Positions 1 through 13,170 of a stretch of 64,000 bases of DNA are shown one piece after another (within the stretch, counting starts at the first letter, position 1; each line of letters opens with the position of its first letter). The position numbers and the translations under genes were made by a program. The notes under the pieces were generated by a model, which was given only the letters and a program-made list of their open reading frames with translations, had not been told where the DNA came from and made no database searches. The stretch lies in assembly GCA_951406725.2 (NCBI GenBank), contig OX597832.1, forward strand, positions 64,480,001 through 64,544,000, read 5' to 3'. Source of the stretch: Octopus vulgaris. Lineage: Eukaryota.

Positions 1-19
1 CGCCTTAACAACAACTATA

Positions 20-425
20 ATAATGGTTTCAAATTTTGGCACAAGGCCAGTAATTTCCGGGGGAGGGACTAAGTTGATTACATCGACTTATTTTATCGAT
101 CACGAAATGATGAATAGCAAAGTCGACCTCGGCGGAATTTGAACTCAGGGACATAAAGACAGACGAAATACGACAAAGCATTCTTGTCCGGCGTGCGAAC
201 GATTCGGCTAACTCGTTACCCTCCTTGTAGGCACAAGTCCTGATGTTTTGGAAGAGGGATTAGTCGGTTACATCGACCCCAGTACTTGACTGGTATTCAG
301 TTTTTAGACCCTCAAAGAATGAACGGCAAAATCGACCTCGGTGGAATTTGAACTCAATGTAAACGCTGACGAAATACAGCTAAGCATTTCCGCAACGTAC
401 CAACAATTCTGCCAGCTTGCCGCTT
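20..425 (-). mobile_element. Two tandem copies of tRNA-derived SINE family B (Meta/MESC-like core)
   Basis: The motif 'aaagtcgacctcggcggaatttgaactcag' occurs twice; its reverse complement contains a B-box-like GTTCAAATTCC. The family core 'gactttgcctttcatcctttcggggtcgataaa' is degenerate in these two copies. The same unit recurs more than 10 times in the window. Confidence 0.8.
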
Positions 426-1125
426 CAACAACAACAACGACGACGATAGTAATAATAGTAACCATGATGATGATGATGATGATGAGTATGACGAACATGA
501 TGGTAATGATGATGAAATAGTCGAGAATAAACAAAAATTAAAATACGGAAAAGGAAACAAAGGCCCTCAGCTTCTTGCTAAACAATAAAAATAAATAAAC
601 AATTGAAAGGAAGAAGGACATAAACAAACACACAACCAAACAACCAAACAAACGAACAAAGAAATGCAGAGTGTTTTCTAGTTTTCTTTCCATTTTTCCG
701 TATTCAATTCTCGGAACTTGTCTAATTAGTATCTCAGTGATATCTTTACAAATTTCTGCGGAAATTCATTGATATTTGGTACGAGATTTTGTAATCTTTC
801 CTGTTCTTCCGTTCCTACATCCCCAAAGCCTAGTCAATAGTTATTATTATAATTAATACACCGGAAACAAAATATATCCTATTCACCGCTTCTTTCTCTT
901 CTCAACTGTAAACCAACAAACCTTTAAATCAATTATCAGTTGGTGGCCTCCTCTCTTACCAACAGGCGATTTCTTTTTATTTTTACAGTTTTTTTTTTCC
1001 TATTTTCTTCTTGTTTTCTCTCGGTTGCTCTCACGTTCTTTGATACTTTATTTTCTCTTTTTCGTCATCTGTCGTTTACTTTCTCATCTATGTGTCTCTT
1101 TATCTATCTCCTTCTCTCTCTCTCA

Positions 1126-1174
<49 letters not shown>

Positions 1175-1339
1175 AATCTCTGTCCTCTCAAAATCTCGTG
1201 CTACCATATGTTGTTTATCATCTAAGAAAGAGATACAAGGAATTTTTCCAGCGCCTTTTGTTGAGGATAAATTATTCAGCTACAATTATATTTATTTCAC
1301 AGTATTTTAAAATTGTAACGACGGTTCACCGCGACAAAT

Positions 1340-1660
1340 ACAGAGAAAGAAAATACAGCCACTCATCATTTCCAGATTTGTGCGACTCACTGGCTGTTGT
1401 TTCAGCAACAATAATAGCCACCGTATCCTAGAAAGTCCTTCAACAGGACTTCTGATTACAAGCATAACTAGAATATATATACAACTATCTATACTACAAT
1501 CGGGTTCGAAATTTCCCCAACACACCTGGTGAAGGCTGGAGGGTATATCAGCCGAAACGTTGTGCTAACAACAAACAAGATGAGAACAAATATCCGTTAA
1601 ATGTAAATAATGTAAATAATGTACATAATTCCTCATCTCTTAAATATAGAATTGTATTAT
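1340..1660 (+). mobile_element. Penelope pLTR-like short element carrying a type-I hammerhead motif
   Basis: ctggtga-a-ggctg(gagggtatat)cagcc-gaaac-gtt at 1526-1561, followed by a short 'aatgtaaat' tandem. Boundaries are approximate. Confidence 0.55.
1520..1566 (+). ncRNA. Type-I hammerhead ribozyme motif (core variant CUGGUGA)
   Basis: Core 1526-1532, stem II GGCTG/CAGCC (1534-38/1549-53), GAAAC 1554-58, GUU triplet, short stem I cac/gtg. The A6>G change probably inactivates it. Confidence 0.6.
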
Positions 1661-2751
1661 CAGAATACAGACGTTGTAGTCTTTATCAAGCGCTTTCATA
1701 TGAATGTTGGAGACCTACGAAGTGAAGAACACTGCGAAGGCACTTCAAAGGCACTAATAATACCAGAGCTGCAATGTTAAACTATCGAAGTGTTTCTCTC
1801 TCATTATTTTACCTATGAACACTCCTAGCTATTCGATGGCTTAAAAAATCATATTATAGATTTATAATTAAATAGTTTTGAGAATTGTATAAAAAAATTG
1901 TTAAAATATCTTGAGTATTGTAAATGTACATCCAATTCATTATCGATAAATTTTCGCTACAAGATTTTATATGGACCCCGGTTGAGAATCACTGCTCTGT
2001 TGTATGTCGTAGGAAGACTGTTGAATATATTAACATTAAAAGATCAATGCCACGGAAATAATAGAATACTAGAGCAAAGATGTTACTGATACTGTCAAAT
2101 CCTGGAGGGGGACATTCGAATAGATTTATTATTTTAGAGTCATCTTGACATTAATTATAAGCTTGAGGCTATAGATTCTATGATGTCCATCAAAGAACTG
2201 TTGAAATATTGGAATTACAGAAATATCTAGATGCCTACCAGAATATGGTGCTTATAATATTAAGCTAATCCATGCAGTATGAGTTTGAGTGCCATAGCTA
2301 TTAAAAGAGCCATCTACACGTCTACAAATACACTGTATTCATAGTTTCTGTCACGCGACACAAAGTATGTGTTGAGAGATTACGTATTAAAATCCATCGA
2401 TTCATTCAAGAAAATAGCCAGGTAGAAATTAAAACAGAGAGTGTAATAGGATTTCTTTTTGCGAGGCTCCAGTATGGAAGGTAGACACGGATTAAAAAGA
2501 AGTTGTCTGAGGCAGTGGAGCATTCTTATGCCTAGTAAATGCAATGAGAATCTAGACTGATTAATGAGTGTTAAAAGATTTGAAGGATACAACCCATACA
2601 TAGACATATACGTCTTTTGCATTTGTGCACATGTCATGTTTGTTTATTGTATTTCAAGATGGAGGAAAGCATTCATTGATGCAGACATCACAGCATTACA
2701 AGACAAAGAAAAAAACACTACGCATTTTACTTAGATAAAGAAACAGACAAC

Positions 2752-3092
2752 ACATACCTACCTACTTACCTACCTACCTACATACATACATACATACATA
2801 CATACATACATACATACCTACCTACCTACCTATCTACCTATCTACCTACCTACCTACCTACCTACCTACCTACCTACCTACCTACCTACCTACCTACCTA
2901 CCTATATACATACCTACCTACCTACCTACCTACCTACCAACCTGCCTACCTACCTACCTACCTACCTACCTACATACCTACCTACCTCCCTACCTCCCTC
3001 CCTCCCCCTCCCTCCCTCCCTCCCCCTCCCCCCCTCCTCCCCCCTCCCTCCCTCCCTCCCTACTTACCTACCTACCTACCTACCTACCTACC

Positions 3093-3124
<32 letters not shown>

Positions 3125-3268
3125 TATATATACATACACTCGTTCGTACGTACATAGATATGTATGCACGAACACACGTTTTCCAGTATTTGGTTTTCTT
3201 CTGCTATATGTACACATATATGGATGCATACATATATACGCATCTATCTATCTATCTATCTATCTATA

Positions 3269-3330
<62 letters not shown>

Positions 3331-3380
3331 CCTATTTATCTATCCATCTAGCTATCTATCCATCCATCCATCCATCCATC
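2752..3380. repeat. Compound microsatellite (ACCT)n/(ACAT)n/(CCCT)n/(TATC)n
   Basis: Directly visible tetranucleotide arrays. Confidence 0.95.
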
Positions 3381-4202
3381 TGCACAAACACTTCTACAAT
3401 ATGTTACTGTATGCGCATCTCTCTCTCTGTCTCTCACTCTCTGTATATATATATATATATATATTCACACACACCTATATTTACATATGCATACGTTATT
3501 GTGTATGTATACATATATATATATATATATGTGTGTGTTTGTGTATTGACAGGGCAAGACTGCTTCTATACTCATACACATATGATGAAATAAACATACA
3601 GCAGACATATTCAACAAAATGGAAAGAAAAAATGTAAAAGGAATATACGAACACATAACAAAAACCTATCTTTTTCTTTTCTAAGAAACACACGAGTCTG
3701 TGTATACGTGTGAAATGTTTGAGTGCGTTCGTGCCCCTGTGTCTATGAATTAAAATTCTCTTCATTTTTATCACATATCTACCTTCGTCATATTGACAAA
3801 TGTCGGCTTATGCAAATCAGCAATTGTAACTGAACTTGTATTCAAAGATACAGAGATATACAGTGTCTTCTCTAAGTAGATCTCTCTCTCTCCCAAACTC
3901 TCACTTTTCTTTATCTATTGTGTATATATATATTTCTTGTTCTTTATTTATTCAACGCAGTTAGTTTTTCAGCGTTCTTATATTATGTGCTATATATAAA
4001 AATATGTGTGTGTTCTTACGTTGAATTATTATCGCTAAAGCAGTCATTTGGTTTTACTGTTGTATAGCCGTTACTTTGGGCAATGATCAAGCATATGATT
4101 AAGACCAACCGGCATTCTTCTCTTTCTATTCATGTATTTAAGTTACTATGTTTATAAAAACATACATCTATATATACATACATACATACATACATACATA
4201 TA

Positions 4203-4256
<54 letters not shown>

Positions 4257-4870
4257 GTATCTATATGTGTGTATAAATGATAATGTTTATATATATATGG
4301 ATATGAATATATATATATATATACATGTATATGTATATATACATTTATGCCTATATGCAATATATATGTCATTTGTACCTATACACACAACCATGCTTAA
4401 GCTGGGTCCCCAGAATAGTAGGTATCTACAACAATGATATTAAGTCAAGAACATGTCTGTTGGGTTCTAAAAGTACTATTCAATAATACACATACACACA
4501 CACAAACACACGTGCTCACGCGCGTGCGCACACACATGCTCACGCGCAAGGGCACACGAACACACACGAAGATGGTTTTTTTTTTTTTTGCTTAAATATT
4601 AATTTTATATGAAAAATCAGGGCTGGCCTTTCTAAAAAATTGAAATCACTTACACACTTCAGTAACACAGTGCACCGGCTCACATATGGCGTATATAAGA
4701 TTATATCGCCCCATAATTTCACAAACCACTTCAATAAGTATATATAAAAAACGAACAGACTGACAGACACATGATTAATCAATTGCAATGTTGCAGCGAT
4801 AGTTGGGGGCGTTTATATCATAACTCCAGTTTACGATGCGTTAACTTTAGTAGAATAAAGTATTAAAGTA

Positions 4871-4913
<43 letters not shown>

Positions 4914-5067
4914 ACACATTTTCCGTCTCTGTATACGTGTACGTGCACTTGTACATGTATACATATATCCATTCTTATATACGTGCCTTAAAGCAATAAA
5001 ACTCTATTCTCTCCAGCTCGAAGTAAGGTGAATAAAATCAAAACAAGCAACAGGATATTAATTAGTA

Positions 5068-5155
5068 ATGCAGTACGACCGTTTCAAGCAACACCATTTA
5101 ATTGAACAATGCAAACATTACATCAATGTAAATGTAGTGCTATCTTCAGCTGCAC
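5068..5155 (-). ncRNA. Type-I hammerhead ribozyme with extended stem II
   Basis: The minus strand reads gtgcag-CTGAAGA-t-agca...tgct-t-GAAACG-gt-CGTA-ctgcat: intact core, stem III ACG/CGT, GUA triplet, stem I tgcag/ctgca. Confidence 0.7.
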
Positions 5156-5986
5156 AAAATATAGAATTTTTAGCAAGTAGGACACATTAATATAATTTTT
5201 CTTAAATATTTTAATAGAGTAAGAAGATGGAAAAGATTCATGTTGTCGCTATTGTAGCACAGTGGCTAAGAAAAGACTACAATTTCTTAGAATCGCATCG
5301 AGCTTGGTGGGGGTGATAGGAGTATACAGATAATCGATATGTGTGTGAGATTTCCTCTATGAAAATTTATGAGATTTTTAAGTATAGAGACAAGAACAAC
5401 CTGATTCATAATAGATTAGCCCTAAGGATACCATGCATGCATAGCATCACCCGCACATTTAAGCATTTTCGAAACTAATAATTATAGTTATCATACTTGA
5501 ACTTTGATGGTGGGAATTAATTTTGGTGTCGTATCCGTTATAGACTTACCCTCCAGTATAAAATATAAAAATGATGGGGTATTATGTTATATTTATATTA
5601 CATTACATGTGTTATATACTATATGATGTGTTATATGGTGTGTGCTATATATAATATCCCATGATAACTCCTGCCTAGTTAGTCTGACTTCATCCTAATT
5701 TGATGATTACATTATTTTCTTTTCTATGATTTTCTACCCTACTAGTCATGTTATTTATATCTGTAGTGACTTTATAAAAGTAAGTCTCCTTTTGACTAAA
5801 TCTTATACCCTCTAGAAACTATAAAATCTACATACAATAACCTGTAACATTACAACTTATAAAACCTCTTCGGTCTGAATAGCTTTAAATGCCATCCTTG
5901 CTTCCATACTTATTACTCCCTCTTTTCAGGTTACCTTTATCTTTACCCTACCTCTAATTTTAATCCCCTGTCTCTTTATATGTAGG

Positions 5987-6200
5987 TTTACTCTTTTACT
6001 CTTTTACTTGTTTCAGTCATTTGACTGTGGCCATGCTGGAGCACCGCCTTTTAGTCGAGCAAATCGACCCCGGGACTTATTCTTTGTAAGCCCAGTACTT
6101 ATTCTATCGGTCTCTTTTGCCGAACCGCTAAGTGACGGGGACGTAAAAACACCAGCATCGGTTGTCAAGCAATGCTAGGGGGACAAACACAGACACACAA

Positions 6201-6231
<31 letters not shown>

Positions 6232-6387
6232 CGACAGGCTTCTTTCAGTTTCCGTCTACCAAATCCACTCACAAGGCATTGGTCGGCCCGGGGCTATAGC
6301 AGAAGACACTTGCCCAAGATGCCACGCAGTGGGACTGAACCCGGAACCATGTGGTTGGTTAGCAAGCTACTTACCACACAGCCACTC
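5987..6387 (-). mobile_element. SINE family A (tRNA head, CORE-like segment, internal microsatellite, conserved 3' half)
   Basis: The reverse complement reads gagtggctgtgtggtaagtagcttgct...ggttcagtcccactgcgtggcatcttgggcaagtgtctt...(TA/TG)n...gactgaaacaagtaaaagag. It matches the copy at 63033. Confidence 0.9.
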
Positions 6388-6617
6388 ATATATATTTCGT
6401 TTTGTTTTCTATAAATTCTTATTATTTTGTTTTCTTATTTTGATATCCTTACTTATTAAACACTTATCCCTTATAAACTGTTATTTTTGTTGTTCTGAAA
6501 TTGATATTTTTCAGTTACTAAGGCCTATGCAAGATACTTATACTATATTCATAAAAGCTTATAAATATTTGTATACATCTGAGTTCAATTACCAGTTAAA
6601 TGGACAAGATACTAAGA

Positions 6618-6740
6618 AAGACTTTGCCTTTCATCCTTTTGGGGTCGATAAATTAAGTAGCACTTGCGTACTGGGTTCGATCTAATCGACTGGTCCCTAC
6701 CCCAAACTTTCGGGCCTTGTACCTAGAGTAGAAAATAATA
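6618..6740 (+). mobile_element. SINE family B, 3' fragment
   Basis: gactttgcctttcatccttttggggtcgataaattaagta...gggccttgtacctagagtagaaaa. Confidence 0.8.
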
Positions 6741-6799
6741 TTTCTCCATGCGCAAACATGCATGTATGCAAAGATATATGTGTATGTGCGTGTGCATGT

Positions 6800-6862
<63 letters not shown>

Positions 6863-7502
6863 CTTCTTTGCATGTGTATCTGTATGCATTGTTTTACACT
6901 TTACACATAATTATATCAGTACATATTTTTCGAGTATTTATATTTTTAATACTTTAGATTTTATTATTTTTGTTTAAATATGTCTATGTATCACCATTAT
7001 CTCAATATCCCGCTTCTGAATAATGGCTTAAAATTAACAGATAGTATGTATATCTTTCCAGATATTCCATATGTAAGTGCCTTGAGCAGTCTTTATAGAA
7101 ACCACCTAATAATTAATTAATTAAGTACAAGAATGGCTGTTAAACTGATTCTACATAATCTTCCTTTTTAATGTCTATAATTGATACATACACACCTTTT
7201 AGCTATTTTGGTTATGATATCATTTTGGAATTCTTAAATCTTATTTTATATAACATAACAATATTGGTTATAAACGTTCCCCCATCGTGCTCCTAATAAA
7301 GTTCCCCTGTATTAGCATCTTAAGTTTCTTAGTATCTTGTCCCTTTAACTGGTAATTAACATGCTGATTTAAAGTCTACCCCTACCCTCCCTCTTTTTTA
7401 TAAACAGTTACTTCTATCAAATTGACTCTTCCTAATGTCATATTTCCTTTCTCTTGGGGAAAAGGGATACTTATGGTAATATTTATGACCATACCTAGCC
7501 AA

Positions 7503-7590
7503 CAGCTGTCAACTCACTCTTGTTCTTTATTCAAAATAGACACAACTCTATCAGAGTTGATAGTCTCAGAGTTGAAACGGTCGTACTGCA
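7503..7590 (+). ncRNA. Decayed hammerhead motif (5' core largely deleted)
   Basis: cag-ctgt-caactc...gagtt-GAAACG-gt-CGTA-ctgca. The 3' half is the same as in the 5068-5155 motif. Confidence 0.5.
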
Positions 7591-7989
7591 TCACTCGTTG
7601 ATATCCTGTTGCTCATTTTGATTATATATATATATATATATAATTTGTACATCCGAGTTAACTTGGATGTGTAGATTGAAACGCCGCAAACTGCAGTGAT
7701 CGCCTTGGTAAATCATGTGACACAAAACTTCCATTCACCAGTGCTGATATATATACCACTGCTGTATTTTTATCACTCAAAGTTAATACAAGATTTTTTC
7801 TCAAAACTATAACTGCAGTTTATGGCTTTTATTCAATGTGAAAATTAATACACATTCACACACATATATGTACATACACATATATGTATACACATATATG
7901 CATAGACATATATACGTATATATACATACAAGATAAAAGGATGACGAGAGTCAAAGTTACGTCCCGGATTTGGAAGTTCGAAGGGACAT

Positions 7990-8315
7990 GTCGATTATAT
8001 GGAACTCAGTGTGCAACTGGTACTTAATTCACCGAGCCCGAAATAATGAAAAGTAAAGTCTACATTTGCGGAATTTAAACTAAGAAAGTAAACAGCCGGA
8101 AGAAATGTCATTAAGCACCTTGATCGGCGTGCTTCCCATTCTGCCTGCTCGTTGTCTTCGATAATAATGATAATGATTTCAAATTTTGGCACAAAGCCAG
8201 CAATTATATCGACCCCGGGGTTCAAATGATACTTATTTCGTTGTACCCGAGAAGATAAAAGGTAAAGTTAGCCTCGGCAGAGTTTGAACTCAGAACGTAA
8301 AGACGGTTGAAATGC
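7990..8315 (-). mobile_element. Two decayed tandem SINE family B copies
   Basis: 'gcggaatttaaactaagaaagtaaa' and 'cctcggcagagtttgaactcagaacgtaaagacg', followed by (CTA)n(TAA)n. Confidence 0.7.
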
Positions 8316-8320
8316 TGCTG

Positions 8321-8422
<102 letters not shown>

Positions 8423-9001
8423 GCAACAACAGAGACTTCAATTATGTATTAGTTTTCTTGAATAAATGCGTAATTCTATTGTTTATTCATAAACGAGAGA
8501 GATGATTATTTTATGTTATAGATCAATCGATCTTCTATGTCACAGATTGATTTCCTTCTCATGTTTTCCATGATTTTCCATGTTTTCCCAAGCACCATCG
8601 CTATCAGCACAGACAGGCTTTGCGCTATGTTAATTTCTTACCGCTCATTTGAAAAGCAGCCACAACAACGTTATAAACAGTCACAACTCAAAGCAGATCA
8701 AATGCTTCTAAGAACAACAGTGATAACAACTAAGGGAAATGGCTGCTATCAACCAAACAACAAATTTACGCACTTACACACACACACGCAAACACGCACA
8801 CACACGCACAAACACACACACACATATACACGCACGCACGTACGCTTATAATGCATATATTTGTTCTCGCACATATCTATATCCATAAACAGTCTTGGAA
8901 GAGATTAGAATATCGTTATTCAGTTTTATATCAGGCTTCAATTAAACACTCGACAGACGCTTGATAACAGGTACCCACTACTAAGAGTCCAGTGCAAACC
9001 A

Positions 9002-9069
<68 letters not shown>

Positions 9070-10053
9070 TGTATGAATGTGTGTGTGTATCTATATATAC
9101 ATACATATATATGTGTGTGTGTGTGTGTGTATATATATACATATATATATAAATATATAATATAATATATATATATATATATATATATACATAATATTCT
9201 ATAATTATATACATCAGGGGTCAGCTAATTGCTTCGCCGCGTACCGAATTAGAAATAGACGCTGCCTTTTCAACGACCATAGATATTTCCGAGACAGTAA
9301 CACACTTTTTATGTAGGCAAAAAGAAAAAACGACGATTCCACACGAATTCGATTAACCACAGACGCGTTTCGAAATTAAACTAAATTATATTTACCTATT
9401 CTTTTCAGTTTAATAAATTTGCGAGTGTTAAGATTAAATATGTATGCAATCAAGCGTCATTGCATAAGTGATATTCCACCGCACTCCCCAAAATATACAC
9501 CCGAATGTGGATACATATTTATCCTTTATACCCACGTGTGTGTTACAAACAATCCCGCAGAAAACTGCTGTTTTGATCAAGGAGTAAATTATAATTTTAA
9601 TTAATCAATTTCACCCTGTATTATATATATATATATATATCATTCTTATTCTTTTGTTTAGGCACTGCGATAGAAATAACCTGGTGCCAGACCTCATATT
9701 CATATGCCAAGGGTGTCCGTCGAGTACAGAGCAGTAACAAAAAATTAAAATGACAAAAAGAAAAAGAAATTATGTCAGGAACTTCATTATCTTACAGTCT
9801 TTTTCTGCTACAAAATTCAATGCCCTAATAGTTGAATGCTTAGGGTGATACACAAACATCCAACTATGAACGCAGAGCATCTTAAATAGCAGAAACAACT
9901 ATAAGTCAGTGAGGTTCACGGCATAATTTCTTATTCCTTTGTCATTTATTTAATTCCTGATGTATGTATGTTGGCCATGGTCCGCTATCGTCTCTGCGAA
10001 ACAATAAATAAAATATAGACTACGACTACATCTGTCTATCAATCAATCAATAA

Positions 10054-10139
<86 letters not shown>

Positions 10140-10561
10140 ATATCTATCTATCTATCTATCTATCTGTCTGTCTGTATGCATATGCTGGCACACATGCGAA
10201 AATAATTATATGCACACACTCACATGTATGTATGATGTGTGTCTGGTTGAGTGTGTGTGTGTGTGTGTGTGTGTGAGTGTGTGAGCGTGCGTGCATGTGT
10301 GTGCGCTTGCATCATTATTAATTTCATAAACTTATGTGTTTTCGTTTTCTCCTGAGGTTATGAATTATTCGAAAATAGAGAGCGGTGGTGTAAGTGGTGA
10401 TGCTCGCTTTAGACAAAACTACCATCAGAAAATATAAGCAAAAACTTAGAATTAAACGTGGAACAAACATATAGACATAACGGGAAAAAAACTCCACCAG
10501 AAATATCTAATAAGTTCTTTTTTTAATTCAATACCATTAAGCTAATTAATAAAATGTTAAC

Positions 10562-10603
10562 ATGGTAACACATGGTGATGACGACGATGACGACGACGAC
10601 GAC

Positions 10604-10651
<48 letters not shown>

Positions 10652-10790
10652 GATGATGATGGTGGTGGTGGTGATGATAATGATGGTGGTGATGATGGCG
10701 TTGGTGGTAATGATGATGATGATGATGATAATGATTACTATGATATTATTGATGGCTGTAGTGGTGTTGGTGCTGATGCTGATGATGATA
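10562..10790. repeat. (GAT)n/(GGT)n trinucleotide microsatellite
   Basis: Direct observation; it explains the poly-D and poly-M ORFs. Confidence 0.95.
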
Positions 10791-10916
10791 TTCTCGATAA
10801 CGATTGTCTAGAACAAAGCAACTAAATGCAAGAATTTCTATGAAGAAAACTAACAACAAGAATATTCTGAGTGCTGCCATCGCTAACAACACCATCTCAA
10901 AGGCTACACCCGATAT

Positions 10917-11144
10917 ATTCTTTTATTCTTTTATTTGTTTCAGTCATTTGACTTCGCCCATGCTAGAGCACCGCCTTTAGTTGAGTAAATCGACCCCAGG
11001 ATTTATTCTTTGTATGTCTAGTACTTATTCTATCGGTCTCTCTTGCCGAACCGCTAAGTTACGAGGACGTAAACACACTAGCATCGGTTGTCAAGCGATG
11101 TTGGGCGGACAAACATAGACACACAAACATATACATACATAAAT

Positions 11145-11208
<64 letters not shown>

Positions 11209-11358
11209 GAAGGGTTTCTTTCAGTTTCCGTCTACCAATTTAACTCACAAGAATTTGGTCGACCCGAGGCTATAGTAGAAGACAATCCCCCAAGTTGCCA
11301 CGCAGTGTGGGTGAGCCCAGAATTATGTGGTTGGTAAGCAAGCTACTTACCACACCGC
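10917..11358 (-). mobile_element. SINE family A
   Basis: Same two halves around an internal (AC)/(AT) microsatellite as the copy at 5987. Confidence 0.9.
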
Positions 11359-11377
11359 TTTAGCGACAACAATATTA

Positions 11378-11594
11378 ATCCTTTCTACTGGATGCACAAG
11401 GCCTCAGATTTGTGACATGAGGAGCAGTCGGTTATATCGACTCCAGTGCGTAACTGGTACTTATTTAATCGACTCCGTAAGGATGAAAGGCAAAGTCGAC
11501 CTCGGCGGAATTTGAACTCAGAACGTAACGGTAGACGAAATACCGCTAAGCATTTTGCCTGGCGTGCTAACGATTCTGCTAGCTCGCCGCCTTA
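11378..11594 (-). mobile_element. SINE family B, near full length
   Basis: The reverse complement starts ggcggcgagctagcagaatcgttagcacgcc...gagttcaaattccgccgaggtcgactttgcctttcatcc. Confidence 0.9.
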
Positions 11595-12649
11595 GCTACA
11601 ATAATAATAATAATAGCCACGACGACGACGACGACCACCACCACCACCATCACCACCAACCAGTCTAGGATTAACAGTCAGAGCAATATCATTCTTTCCC
11701 AATTGGAAAACAAAAATGATGAGTCACTTTCACTAAAACCCTTGGAGAACAATAGTCAACAACTGGGATAACAATCAGAGTATCCCCTTCTAGAAGAAGC
11801 AAGAACAATAGAAGCAGCAGCAGCAGTAGTAACTACAACGGCAACAATGGGTACGAGAATGAATGAATCGACGTACAACATGAAGAACGCTTCAAATATC
11901 TACAACTCTAAAAACATTTAGAATCTTGGTTTGTTTCATGTTTTCTTGACAATTTGGTTTCCATAAAAAAATTTTAGGAGAAAATTACGAAATTATGGAA
12001 TTATAACATTGGAAACATGTTACGTTGTTTCATTATTTAAGTTAATGTTATACAGCTGACTTCGTAATTTCATATTTTATCTTACTACTGAAACAATCTT
12101 ACGCATTTCCTTCATAAAATACTCATACAAACACACACGCACACACACAAATTCATATGCACCCGTAAGTGCTTATATACATGTATGACACTATATATAT
12201 GAGTGTGTGTGTGTGTGTGTGTTTTAGCAATATCAGCGCCATGCAGTGTTCAGGCATAAGCGAATTTTAGGTTAGTTAAAATTTGTTCGACGCATTTGCC
12301 TTTCAGCTTCGAAAGGTAAATTCACTGTAGTTGCTGCGGAGAAAAAAAGTTCTGCCTTATCTACCCAGTGGTGTCGACTTTTGAACTCCAAGACGTAGTG
12401 TTTCTAGCTTTTTAGCCGTTATCGATAGGAAATACAAACGAGAGGTAACTCTGGGTAGATTTAAAGCCGTTGCTTTAAGTAAAACACAATATCATTGCCT
12501 AATTTATGCTAATGGGCCGTCCGATCGGGACAAATCCATCAGTACCAGAAGCTGAAATATGTGACAAGCATATTTTAACCAACCCAAGTTCCACACACAC
12601 TCACACACACACACACACACACACTCACACACACACACACACACACACT

Positions 12650-12868
12650 CGTGAGGATGCTGAAAAGTTCTTGGCTTTGGATAACATAAAATACAGTAGG
12701 ATCAGTTGATTACGATTTTATCCAACATGTTCCCCTCTCAGATTCACATACTTATTGCAACAGTCCTTCAGTCTTTCTAAGCTTTCTGTTTTTCTAAAAG
12801 AACTCGTAAGGTTAGGTCTCAAACCAGGCCCATACCCTTAATGTCAGACTCTTTTCAGCACACCATCG
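12650..12868 (-). mobile_element. Mariner-derived MITE (~220 bp)
   Basis: Degenerate TIRs 'cgtgaggatgctgaaaagttc' and 'gactcttttcagcacaccatcg'. The internal minus strand reads LKDCCNKYVNLRGEHV, like the mariner transposase C-terminal KCV..GEYVE motif. Confidence 0.7.
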
Positions 12869-12918
12869 TGTATGTATGTATGTATGTATGTATGTATGTA
12901 TGTATGTATGTATGTATG

Positions 12919-12977
<59 letters not shown>

Positions 12978-12980
<3 letters not shown>

Positions 12981-13170
12981 AGAAGGTTTGGAGGTGATGT
13001 ACAGGTATTATATATTAGAAGAAATAAGGTACTCAGGAATCTTGATGGCTTTATATTTACAGATTTTTATTGATATGTCACATGTTTATATAAATCATAT
13101 ATTAACGCTTGCATCCACTCTAGTGGATTCTTCAGATTATATATATATAACAAAGTGGAGTTGTGGGGTA
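12978..13170 (-). mobile_element. Short TA-flanked element with decayed hammerhead and downstream AATAAA
   Basis: The minus strand reads CTGAAGA-atccact-ag-agtggat-GCAAgcgtt at ~13101-13140 (GAAA>GCAA), then AATAAA at 13066-13071. Confidence 0.5.

Larger units (their letters stand above)
5030..7700. mobile_element. Decayed Penelope-like region bounded by inverted HHR-bearing termini and interrupted by SINEs
   Basis: ~5030-5087 is a diverged reverse complement of ~7572-7626 (ttgaaacggtcgtactgcat..atatcctgttgct..ttttgat). 5371-5418 (+) reads EIFKYRDKNNLIHNRL, resembling a Penelope GIY-YIG C-terminus. Confidence 0.5.

Noticed and set aside
9213-9620. Possible Tc1/mariner MITE ending in 'caccctgta'
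   Set aside because: The left TIR match is too weak to support.
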